From Isurus oxyrinchus (lineage: Eukaryota): a DNA stretch of 64,000 bases. The notes under the pieces are model-generated. The model saw nothing but the letters and a program-made list of their open reading frames with translations, had not been told where the DNA came from and ran no database searches. The position numbers and the translations under genes were made by a program. The stretch lies in assembly GCA_026770705.1 (NCBI GenBank), contig JANJGN010000041.1, forward strand, positions 4,588,001-4,652,000. Direction: 5' to 3'. Of the stretch, positions 36,461 through 48,365 are shown piece after piece. Within the stretch, counting starts at the first letter, position 1, and the number at the start of each line of letters is the position of its first letter.

Positions 36461-37544
36461 ATACAAGTGTTGGGTACAAAATCAGGTGAGGTTTCTCTGA
36501 ACAATAGTTAATTCCTGTTTAGGCCGTGGCTAGATTAATACATCCATCGCTGATCACCAGGCCATTGCCTGTGATTGGGTTGGGGCGAATGATTTGGTTT
36601 TGCTGAGTCTGGAGATGAGTTACGCAGGTGGTTAAATAATTCTAATTTCAGGCCGCTGTCGGTTTGTTAGATAATTGCCCCTAACGCAGAACTAATCTTT
36701 CCCCTGTCGCTATCCTGTCTGACTCCTTTTAAGAATGACCTGTCCCTGGATTTGATCCAGCAGACCACTGCCTACCTGTGGGGACAATGCACAATCACTC
36801 AAGTATTTAGCGTCCACCTATCATCAGATTAATTCATCTAATACTGTGTTATACTGTGTGCAGATGCCTCATTAGAAGTGTATATATATAGAGACAAAAA
36901 TACACGTGCAAAATGTCATCGTAACCTTCGTTAGGGTTGTGAAGATGATGTGGGAATATTGTGGGAAAAGGCAAGATTAATTGCCCATCTCTATTTGCCC
37001 CATGAGAACGTGGTGTGTGAGCTGTCTCCTTGAGCCGCTGTCTTCCCGTGTGCTTTAGGTACTCCCAAAGAGCTGATAGGGAGCGAGTTCCAGGATTTGA
37101 GACAGAAGATGTGCAGTAATTGTGGTATAGTTCCAATCAGAATGGTTTGGTGCTTGGAGAGGTACCTTAAATGATTATAATCCCCTGTGCCCACAACTCT
37201 TGTCCTAACAAGCAGTGGGGATCATCTGTTTGGAAAGCTGTGCTGAAGGATCCTCGGTGTTTTATTGCAGCGCACCTTGGTGATGATATACACTGAAGCC
37301 ACTGAGAGCCATGTGGAGACATCCTCCTCATTTTTGATCAGATGCCACGAGGTTTCACGGGATGTGGAGTGAACGTCGAGTGCTCCCGGAAACATACCTT
37401 TGTGACGCAGGTGAGACTGCCCTGCCACGGTGGATGATAATTCCCAGGGACAGTGAATTGGAAATCTGGGCTTGTGGCTTCAAGCTATGATTGGGTGCGG
37501 GATGCTAAGTCAGCCAGTTGATCGATTCGTCTGTGGGACAGCTC

Positions 37545-39085
37545 TTTCAATTCAGAGTGGGCTCTGTGTTCAGCGAGGTCTCTGTGTTCAGCGTGGATCC
37601 TGTTTTGAATGTGGGCTCTGTGTTCAGCGTGGTCTCTGTGTTCAGCGTCTGCTCTGTGTTCAAAGTGGGTTTTGTGTTCAGTGTGGGCTCTGTGTTAAGT
37701 GTGTGTTCTGTGTTCTGACTGTGCCCACTTTCAGTGTAGGCTCTATGTTCAGAGTGGGCTTTGTGTTCAGTGGGTGCTCTGTGTTCAGAGTGTGTCCTGT
37801 GTTCATGTGGGCTCTGTGTTCTGTGTGGGTCCTCTGTTCAGTGTGAGCTCTTTGTTCAGTTTTAGGTTTTCTGTTCACTGTGGGCTCCGTATTCAGTGTT
37901 GTCTCTGCGTTCAGAATGGTCTCTGTGTTCAGTGCGATCTCTGTAAGCAGTTAGGGCTCTGTGTTCAGTTTTGGCTCTGTGCTCAGTTTGGTCTCTTCAT
38001 TGCAATATTTAAACCTGATGGATGTTGATAAACGTAACCACACAGCAGCTGTGGTCAGTGTTTTTGTCAGTATTTAGTGTGGGCCCTGGATTCAATGTGG
38101 GCCTTCTGCTCAGAGTGGGCCCAGTGTTCGAGTTGGCCCTGTGATCAGATTAGCACTTTGTTCAGAGAAGGCCTTGTGTTCAGAGTGGGCCCTGTGTTCA
38201 GCGTGTGCCCTGTGCTCAGATTCAGCCCTTTGTTTAACGTGGACCTGACTTCAGTGTGGGCCCTGTGTTCAGTGTGAGCTCTGTGTTCAGTGTGGTATGC
38301 CTTCAATGTGGGCCCTGTGTTCTGTACTGACTCTGTGTTCGGTGTGGGTATTGTGTTCAGTACAAGGTCTGTGTTCATTGTGGTCTCTGTGTGCAGAGTG
38401 AGGTGTGTTTTCAGTTTTGGGCTCAGTATTCAGTTTGGGCTATGAGTTCATTCTGGAGCTTGTGTTCAATTTCGGTTCTGTGTTCAGAGTGGGCCCTGTG
38501 TACAGAGCGGGCCTTTTGTACAATGCGGGCCCAATGTTCAGAGTGGACACACTGTTCTGTGTGATCTCTGTGTGCATTTAGGGCTCTATCTTCATTGTGG
38601 GCTCTGTATTCATCATGGGCTTTGTGTTCTGTGTGGGCCTCGGAATCAGTGTGGGCTCTGTGTTCAGAGTGGGCTCCGTGTTCAGAATGGCCCCTGAGTC
38701 CCTAATGGGCCCTGAGTTCAGAGTGTGCTCCGTGTTCAGTGTGGGCTCCTTCATCAGTGTGGCCTCCATGTACAGAGAGGGCATGTGTTCATCGTGGGCT
38801 CGGTGTTCAGAGAGGGGTCTGTGTTCTGAGTGGGCTCTGTGTTCAGTGTGTGCTCTCTGTTCATAGTGGGCCCTGTGTTCAGCGTGATCTCTGTGTCCAG
38901 GGTGTGCTCTATGTTCACAGCGGCCCCTTGTTCAATGTGGTCTCTTTGTTCAGAGTAGGCTCTGGCTTCAATGTGGGCTCTGTGTTCATCATGGGCCCTG
39001 TGTTCAGAGTGGACCCTGTGTTCAGTGTGGCCCTTGTGTTCAAATTTCATCTTGTGTTCAGCGTGGCTCTGTGTTCAGTGTTCTA
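37545..39085. repeat. 18-bp minisatellite (gtgggctctgtgttcaga)n
   Basis: Dense diverged tandem array; produces the repetitive NTEPTL/CVQRGL ORFs. Confidence 0.92.
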
Positions 39086-40449
39086 AACACGTGTCCCCTG
39101 CTTTCCCCACATTGCCCAGATGTTTAATCCTTTCAATTATTTATGCACCTGTTTTTTTTGGAACTTCCTACTGATTCCGCTGCCAGGCAGAGCGTTCCAG
39201 ATGACAACATCTCACGGTCTAAAATTAAATTCACCTCAGCTTCGATATACTTCAGTTTCCACTAGCCTAAAATTATTTTCAATGTTCTCCTGTTTATCAC
39301 CAGATCTCGCAGCCTTGAAAGTTCTCTTTGGATAACGAAAAGCCCTGGGAAAAATGTTCCCCACGTCCATAATCAGAAACAGGTTATCCAATTAGTATTC
39401 CTCAGGGCTAAATTGCCAAGGGCAAAGTTTCTCCCTTATGTTACATCAGTGACAACACTTTAATATTGATGGCGAAACTCTTTGGTATATTCTTACACTT
39501 TAAGGGCGCTATGGTAAAGCAAACCGTGTTTTGCTCGATTTTTGCATCCACCTCTCCCTTCATCTCCTTCCTTTCCGTATCAAGCTTGCAATCTATCTTC
39601 TCTTTTCATTTCACGCTGTCTTCCCCTCTGTCAATATTTGTATCCGCCCAGTCCTCAATCACCTTCCCCAGCTTCGTTTCGTTTATTCTCTCTCTTTCTC
39701 TAATTCCCTCACCCTCCCTTACTCAGCTGCCCAGGTGGTTAAATAATTCTAAGTTTTCAGTGTTGTGGTTTTGTGAATAATTTTCCTCTTACACGGAGCT
39801 GACCTGTTACCAGTCGCCATCCTGGCTGACAGCCTTTAGCTGGTTATAGAATGAGCTGTCCCTGAATGTGTGCTATCAGAACACTGTCCCTCTATGAGGG
39901 CGAAGCTCAAGCTCTCAAATTTTTATTAGCATCAGATAAGTTCATTGAATGCAAATCTTTGCTTGTATAAGCCTTGGTGAAATTTTTATAAACAACTGGC
40001 GAAACATTTTCAACGTCCATCATCCATGACAGTGTCCAATGCTTTCAGCCAAATACTAAATATCCTATGGAGTTAAGTGAAACGTTTGAAGAGCGGCACA
40101 TGTGCTTTGGTTGGCTTCAGGAGGTGGTTGATACATATCATTCAATCAGCACGTCTGTCTAAAGATGGTTGCAAATGATTAAGCCTTGCCTTTTGAATAT
40201 ATCCGTATGAACTTACATCGAGACGCGCCTCAATCTTCCCAAGCAAATGTGTGGGAAGATGACATTACTCTAGCAGGTGTGCCAGGAGTGGAAGTCACGA
40301 GGGATGTCGATCCAGGCGTAAAATGGAGCAGTCGAGTTGACATTACGCTCCGTTTCTGCCTTTGATGCAAAACATCTGACTCCCATAGGGTACATCCACT
40401 TTCCCAGAGGAGAAACAGGGAAGCTCATGATTCTCAAGGTGTTGCACTG

Positions 40450-41330
40450 ACAGACATAAGCACAAACACACACGCGCACAAACACAAACACAGATAAACA
40501 GAAACATGCACACACCCACATACACAAACAGAAAGCCTGACACACAGTGACACCATTAGACATAAACACACACACACACACTGTAGCAAACACAGGAACA
40601 CAATCTGAAACGCAGACACATAGACGTTTGCATAGACACATGCAGAGACAGACAGGCACATGAAAACATACAGACACGCATACACAGACACACGCAATCA
40701 CACACAAACACTGGCACACATTCACTTTGATAAACACACACACACAATAACACAAACAGGCACACGGATTCAAACACAGGCACACAATTGCATGCAGACA
40801 CACAGAGAGAGAAACAGACTTGCACACTCACACACGACACACATGCTCAGACTCGCATTTACTCGTCCACATACACAGAGACTAAAAGCACAGACACATT
40901 CACACAAAGAAACACGCACAGACATGCCAAAAGGGTCCCACACTTTCACGCTGACACCCAAACAGGGCATGCACAGGCATGTGCACCTAAACACAGATGC
41001 GAACACACGCATACACATTAGCACATATTATCACTCTCCGACAATCTGTCCCTCTCTCTCTCACACACACACCCACTCACAAACACAGAGGCACATACAC
41101 ACTAACAAAATCATGCACAGACTGAAACACACATGTGTGCACACAACACACATGTCACTCACATGCTGACTTACATATTCACTCATTCACAACTGCTCAC
41201 AAATTCACGCAGACACATCCAGACACCCTCTCTTCTCCACTCTCTCTCTTCCAATCCCTCAGACACACACACACACACACACAAACAGACACACACAGAC
41301 ACAAACATACACTCACAGACCCTCACAGTA
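40450..41330. repeat. CA-rich low-complexity tract
   Basis: Direct reading. Confidence 0.85.
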
Positions 41331-42039
41331 TATATAATGTCTCTGTTGAGAAGCAGGGCAGAGGACACCTCCCCCAAGAGGAAACTGACACACCCACACA
41401 GTCTGAGGTTAGATGTTCCTTGACTAGGTCCCTGAGTAGGTCAGTGAACAATGCCTGTCGTAAAGAAATTTCTCGAGGTTCTAATCTAATGGGTTTAGAA
41501 ACGATCAATATTTTAATGAAAAATCATATCTGAAAAAAATTCTGCAGTTATTTACTAATGAGCCCGCTGTTCAGTGAAGTGAGCTTGATGCCATATATCT
41601 TAACGAAGTGTGATCGACTTCTCATTTAAAGGAATTGTTATGCAACCTGAAACCTATGGATTAAATAGACAGTGACAGGGTGTGTATGATGTTAAAGAAG
41701 ACACAGAGAGCGGAGCGAAGTTGTGGAGGATGGTTATTTAGGCAGTCGGGGAGAGCACAATGATGTTCCTTTTGTGTTCATATCATGAGCACTGCAGCTT
41801 ATGATGCACAAAAACAGCATCACTCTCAACATTTCGTCGCAGTTGACGATTTTCTGAAGGTTTTCTCTGATAGATTCCAGGCCGGCCGATGCCTAATCAG
41901 GCCTGAGCATGATAAGCAGATTCTCCCACAACGGGTTCTAGAGAACATGTAGTCGCAACTGGGGTTTGAGGGAGGGGGGTGGGGAAGGTGAGGGATGGGA
42001 GGAGCTGCTCTTTCCGTCTCCTCCTCTTCTCCGATATGG

Positions 42040-42990
42040 TGCCTTTTTGCTGGATCTCATATGTAACCTTCTGTGCAGAGAGCATTTTTTTCATGTTTGT
42101 AGGTAACAGAAATTAAGAAATATAAACGTTGAGGAGGATAGTAGAAATATTAAGGCAGATATGCATAGACGGGTGAAAGGGAAATACACGGTGCAAATGT
42201 AGTGTAATTGAGGTTAGTGTGAAGAATACGATTGCGAGAGTAAATATAAAATTTAAAATCCATAACTTTAAATGTGTTGAGGGAACAGAGTGGATAGATG
42301 TTCAATGATCATCATCACAAGAAGGGCACATCGGTAAGATTGTTAAGAACACACAGAAGGTACTTGACTTTATAAACACCGGGGTATAGTACAATACTAA
42401 GGATCTTCTGTTAAAAATTTTCCCATCACTGGTTAGTCCTCAGTTGAGCTATTGCACCTCATTCGGGTCACTACACAGTAGAAAGGGTGTGTGGGCCTTG
42501 GAATGGTTTCAGCGAAGATTTAATTGACTGGTGCCAGCGATGGGGAATTTCCGTTTTATCTTGAGGCTGGAGAGATAATATTTTTTCTCCTTAGATCGGA
42601 AAAGGTAACAGGGAATTGAATAGATGTCTCCAAATTAACGTGGAATTTTGACAGAGTAAGGAGAACCATTTTCATCTCGAGCAAGGAACAGTGGCACGCT
42701 TTTCAACAACTTGAACCGGAGAGGATAGAAATAGAAGAATTTTACAGAGAGTGGTTGTAATGAGGAATGTACAGGTTGAAGACATGCTTGAAGCCGATTC
42801 ATTGGACAGTTTCAAAAGGGAACTGGAGAAATGCGGATAATGGGGGGGGGGGGGGGGGGGGTGGGGGGGGGGTGCAGAGGGGCACTTTCAGAGCTCTGGA
42901 CAAAGAGCAGGCAGGAGGGTCCTTAAAGAATAGATGCTTCAGTGATAGCACACAGGCGCTGGGGCAAATGTGTTCCATGCAGGCTGAATT
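42040..42990 (+). mobile_element. CR1 LINE 3' fragment containing a poly-G run (42842-42872)
   Basis: CR1 ORF2 C-terminal signatures (ctggttagtcctcagttgagctattgc; gagagtggttgtaatgaggaatg) and a CR1-type tail. Confidence 0.7.
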
Positions 42991-43329
42991 AATATCCCAG
43001 TCTACAATTACAGAAAACATCATGCCCGAGTCTCCTGAACAGTATTGATGCTCAGTTGCTCGTGGGTGACAGGTTATTCCTCACTTATTCGCTCACAAAT
43101 ACGACAGCAAAACAACAAACACATGTTGAGGCAAGTATTGATGGTAATGTGTTTAGTGGAGAATGCTTATGTCTGTTATTACAGGCCTGTTGTCATTCAG
43201 TGAGTTACAAACACATTGATTTTATTCATGTTTCTGCATATTTGTGTCAGGGTGTGTCTGACTCTGACAATGATGCATTTTTGGATTGGTGCTAACCAAT
43301 GCTTCATCTGCCTGTTCCGGCTGATGTAA

Positions 43330-43560
43330 AAATACTATGACACTAACTCGATGAAGAACAAGGGAACTCTCCCTAGTGTCGCTCAATATTCACCCTGCCA
43401 TCAACGTCAGAATGAAACAGAATATCTGGTCATGAGCACATTGCTGTTTGTGGGAGCTGTTGGGTCTAAAGTAGCTGCCTCTTCCACTGCATCACAGTAG
43501 TGGCTGCACATCAGGGGCCACTTTTCTGATCACCCAGGTCTTTGAAAGTTTTATCTGTGA
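43330..43560 (+). mobile_element. Deu-domain SINE (SacSINE1/AmnSINE-like) fragment
   Basis: gaagaacaagggaactctcc...tatctggtcat...cacattgctgtttgtgggagct; related copies near 9490, 28270, 35070 and 39330 (+) and 11590 (-). Confidence 0.6.
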
Positions 43561-45485
43561 CCTCACGCTCGATTGAGTCAAATGCCTTTGACTGATGAAC
43601 AAATCCGCTGCAGAGAAGTTTAATCAGTTCCAGACAGGACTGTTTGGTATATCCAGTGACAAATATCATGTATGTGGTTCCTCTGCGTGGCTGGTAAACA
43701 CACTGGGTTTCCAGAAGGATGATTTCACTTACGGATAGGAGTCGTTCCAGGAGGATTCATGTGCAAAACTCCTGAGGATGGGCCATGAGGGATAAATATC
43801 TATAGTTGTAAGAGATTGATTATCATCTTTGTTTAAACGTGAAATATTGTTGGAATTGCAGATGAATTGAGGTGGGACCTATTCGTCCCAGATTTTTGTA
43901 AAAACAAGTGTGCGATTTTGAGCGAGGCCAACCGCCCAGTTGATGCCCCAACATTTACATATATCAGTGGTACTGGGTTAACCTAACAAATACACCACCG
44001 GCTGCTGGAGAAATTCCACCAGTGGTATCTCCGCAGGATATTACATTGCAAGTGGGAAGACAGGTGAACCAACTTTTGTATCCTCCCTGAAATCAGTTCC
44101 ACAACATTCTTCCCCCGGATCATGTGAAAACAGCTTCACTTGTCTGGATGCGACACACATATGTCAAATTAAAGTCTCCTGGAACAGATCCGTTTTTAAC
44201 TAATTGAGAGTGAAACCTCATCTCAAGGAGACAGAGTAAATGTTTCATGGACACTCTAACATCCTGAGTTAAACAGAGATCAAGAGATATCGCACTTGGG
44301 AGGAACTTCTCAATAACTGTGCGATGTGGTAGAACCTCATCCAACAAGCCCCACCCCAGTGACCACATCAACTTTGCTGTGGAGAAGTGATCAAAATGGA
44401 AGGGGAGAAAACCAATCTCAAACTCAGGAAAACAACTTTCCTCATGGAATATACTGCTGGTTTTGCCCAATGACCCATGGCTTCAGGATTGGTCTGATGA
44501 GTGATCTGACGATGCAGACTGACAGACTTGATCCCCCTTTCAAGGGGATGACTTTGATGATAATGACGACAACGATTCAGCTCTATATTTAAATATCTTA
44601 ATAAATGTAACATTGAGGAATATTTGACTCCAAGATCATGCTTCACCAACTAGCTGTTGGATGTCTTTACAATAAGTTCACATTAAGGACGCCCTTCATC
44701 ATGTCGTGTGGCACAAACATCTTGCCGATTAGGATTGATTCTGAAGAGATCCAGCAAATCAAACAGAGCATCTATGAGGCCCTGAAGCCCAATCGCAACA
44801 TCACTATTGCATCAAACACAATCTTTAACCTCATGGCCACTCATATGACCCAGCAACCACTCCACAGTACTGCAAATCCTAGTTCATTGACGAGTGCAGG
44901 TGGCCATGACAGGAGCAACAGACACCAAACCTAAAAATGTTTTGAGCTCTCTCTGGTGAACTGTGAGATGCACCTTTCACTGATCCATACCAAATCCCAA
45001 TGAAACTCAATACTCTGAATTATATAGTGAGCTCTCCAGGCAGGGTGAAAACCACTGAGTGTATCCCGCCAACGTAGAAAAGCCATATTATGGCATGTAA
45101 GGTAACCTGGAAAATAATCTGTTTTCAGCAGTGAAATAAGAAAGGAGCGAACTTAATATATCAATTCGTTTCTGAAATAAACCAGGAAGAGTAAATTCTA
45201 AACACGACCTTCCTGTAATTAGATTGGACTATAGGGAGGTACTTCCAAGTTAGACCAGAATATAAGCAATTGGAAAAGGAACTGAAAATGCGGCTCCTTG
45301 AGCCTGCTCCACCATTAGATAAGATAATGGCTGATCCTCCAGTACTTCCATTTCCATATCCCCTTCTAACCCCAATAACCTTTGATTGTTTCCCTATTAT
45401 GCCCTATTATGCTATCTTCCAGAAATTACATTCGGGATGTCGTAAAGAAGATATTAGAAACTGATGAGACAATTGTGTTTAAATA

Positions 45486-46760
45486 GGACAACGGAAGAAC
45501 GTCGTTTGCCTGGCATGTTGTATCGTATACTGTGTGTCACCCATAAAGCAACATTCTTAGAGGATTAATGCAGGGATGTGATGCCTAGTGGAGCATCAGG
45601 TTCATGATGGGAGATGGCATTACTGAAACAAGTCACAGCGCATGGAGCACACTCCTTGCACTGGTACGAAAAAAGTTAGGTCACAATAATTGGGTACTTT
45701 CGATGGCAAAGTTAACATTACATCCGATTCCACGATTGCAAAACTCTACTGCGAATATTGGAAAAGCAAATTTCTTAAGAAATTTTGATTTTATTGAAGG
45801 TTTAGTGCCAAGTTGCGTTGACAGATATGGCTTACGAAACATCAGAGTTACACACCCAGAATGGACTTTTTCAATGTTATATCATGACGGTCGAAATGCA
45901 GAAAGGAGCAGTCACATTTCAAAGATTAACCACCAGGGTTATTGAAGGCTTATGTAACTCTGCTGTATATATTTTGGATTTGGTTGTATTAAACTAATCT
46001 TGGGAGGAACATTTGCAACACTTCAAAGAAGTGTTTCATCGGTTACAAAGAGGCAATTTTGTCATTGATTTGCATCAAGTGAATTTGCTAAAGCGAAAGT
46101 GACTTATTTGGGCCACACTATGTGGAACGCAACGTGATCTCCAAATTAGCAAAAACACGGGCCAACTAGGAATGACAGTGCTTACGACTAAACAGGAGAT
46201 TTTGTGGGCTATCAACATAAGTGGATTTTATCGGAAGTTTGTTCTGAATATAAGCATTGCAGTGTTTCGCCTAAAAAATGTTAAAGGAAAGCATTAAAAT
46301 TAAATGAACAATGGACTGTCGAAGTGCTTTTTGAAAATTTAAATCTGTACTGACCACTGCACCTGTTTTAGCGGCAACAACATGCGTAAACTCATTTCAA
46401 CTGTCTTTTGATGTTAGTGAGTGTTGGCTCAGTTTTACCACAGGGCAGCGAGATGGGGATCGAACGGCCAACCAGTTATTTCGCTGGAAAAATAAATTAT
46501 TGCCAGAGGTAATACTTGGTGTGAAAAGGATAATCTGAATTTAGTGCTGGCTATCAAACAACTTGACGTGTAGTCATCAAAAAGTTCTGCAGAAATTGTT
46601 TTTTTTTTTTGCTGACTGGGTTCCTTTATCTGTACCGGCCAAAAAAGTCGAAACAATGATCTATGACTAGTTTGTTGGGGTTCAATGCTCCCTTATAATT
46701 TAAAACTCAGCCATGTAGCAGGACATTACAATATAATAGCAGATGCATAATCGAGCGCAA
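45486..46760 (+). mobile_element. degenerate Gypsy (Gmr1-like) pol, RT-RNase H, copy 1
   Basis: Broken motifs SAWSTLLALVRKK, HPIPR, GKANFLRNFDFIEG, AVYILDLVV (YIDD site), LTTAPVL and NIIADA; many stops and frameshifts. Confidence 0.8.
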
Positions 46761-46959
46761 AACATACGGCATAAGAAAAAAGATCATGTGTAATATGGAC
46801 TTGTATAGAATATGATTCTTATAGATGACTTCTGTTTAGTTAGTGTAATTGCATTATTACAGCTGCAGTAAATCTGTGCAAGTACGTTAGAAGTAGTAAT
46901 GAGAGGAGATGGTAAGAGGACATGAAAATTTCTCTTCAAATTAACTTTTAATTTATTTT

Positions 46960-47850
46960 TATTTTGCGGGTGAATTCATAGGAACGATAAATAATTTTAA
47001 GTAAGCTACATTTGTACTTGAAGTGTGAAGCCTGGCTTTGGTTTCAGTTTGGAGTTTTGCGAAAATCAGCAGGCCAGACTGCTGCCCGCTTTGAAAGCAT
47101 CCATTTTAATGATGTTTCACAACGACTGCAATGAAGACATTGCTCACCAATGGGGTTGGTCATTAATTGAACAGAAAAAAAAAGTAGAAAAGAAAAGCGT
47201 GCTGTCTACTCGCAACAGGATATCAGAGAGAGTGACACACAGAGGCAGAGATACAAGAGGGCAACCACTTTGCAGCTTGAGTTGGTATGAAAATGCCACC
47301 GAGTCAAGGCTGGATGGAGAGGCCAAGGGCTCTCATTCACTGGACATGATGACAGATTGTTACGTAACTCAAGGATAATGCTCTAAATTTAAAGTGGTTC
47401 TGCATTTAGAGAGAGTTTTCTGGTTATCTCAAGAGTGATACCAATTATGAATGGCTTTCTAGTAAATGCTAAGTTGCCCACTCGAAAATAAACTTCTTTA
47501 CCAAGGAACCAGCTTTATCCTTGCCCAAAACTCCTGGTACCTGTTCACTTGCGACTGCCCGGGACCTGTAAATGTGTTCCTTGAATAGCAGGGATAGCCA
47601 GAGCTTCTGGTGTTTCTGTGCTGAAATCACCCAAAGGTTTAGTTGTTCAGTGTAATAAAGTCATGATTATTGTCAAGTATTTTCTTGTTGCAAAGGCAAA
47701 GCAGACTCCTGTGAATCTGTTTCACTGAGAAACCTCCACGAATTAAAAGTAAACTTCTTTTAACGTAGCTCATCAAGCAAAGCAACATTCTGCTTTTTAT
47801 TTCCATTGTTTCTCCCTCTCTGCTTTTATAAACACGGAGGAGCATTTACA
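46960..47850 (+). mobile_element. probable 3' LTR remnant of the Gypsy element, copy 1
   Basis: Non-coding block directly after RNase H, duplicated at about 62780-63670; LTR identity is inferred from position only. Confidence 0.4.
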
Positions 47851-48077
47851 ACCTTCCAACACTCAGATCCTAAACTAAGGAGGAATTACATATAGTGGTC
47901 AGTCCAGCCACTATTCACATCGTTCCTTCCCTCAGCGAAGTGCATACATCCAATCCAGACCATATGAACGTTGTAATTTATAGCGAAATAATAACTGTTG
48001 GATCGAAAGGAGTTCACTTAATCAATTTGTTCAGTGTGTAACTAATGTCTGTCTCCATGGATGCTAATTGTGTCACT

Positions 48078-48102
48078 GGGGAATTTCCCTCTTCTATTAA
48101 TA
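48078..48102 (+). promoter_or_regulatory. NF-kappaB-like site and TATA-like element upstream of the GPCR
   Basis: GGGGAATTTCCC at 48078-48089 matches GGGRNWYYCC; TATTAATA follows, about 100 nt before the ancestral start. Confidence 0.45.
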
Positions 48103-48194
48103 CCGGGCGTATTACAATGCTTTAGGCCATAGCGTTAGCAGGAGAATCTCATCCAACAGTCACTAGGATCAACGGCTCCTGAGAAAGCGAGAGG

Positions 48195-48365
48195 ATAGAT
48201 CAGACTCTGAAAAAAACAGATTGTAATGTTACAACTATGAATCAGCGTCTGAGAATATTGAATTCGATTGTTGCAACAATGAATCACATTGTGAGGACAA
48301 TATAATTGGATGTTACAACAATGGATCAGAATCTGAGAACAATATATTGGGATGTGACAACAATG
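48195..48365 (+). repeat. four 42-bp coding tandem repeats in the GPCR N-terminus
   Basis: ATA/ATG recurs at 48195, 48237, 48279, 48321 and 48363; the unit encodes approximately MDQNLRTIYWDVTT. Confidence 0.85.

Noticed and set aside
37472-39174. Long Cys-rich or NTEPTL-repeat ORFs (similar cases at 882-1385, 10083-10576, 17907-18806, 40270-41533)
   Set aside because: Translations of minisatellites and low-complexity tracts, open in several frames, with no splice or promoter support.
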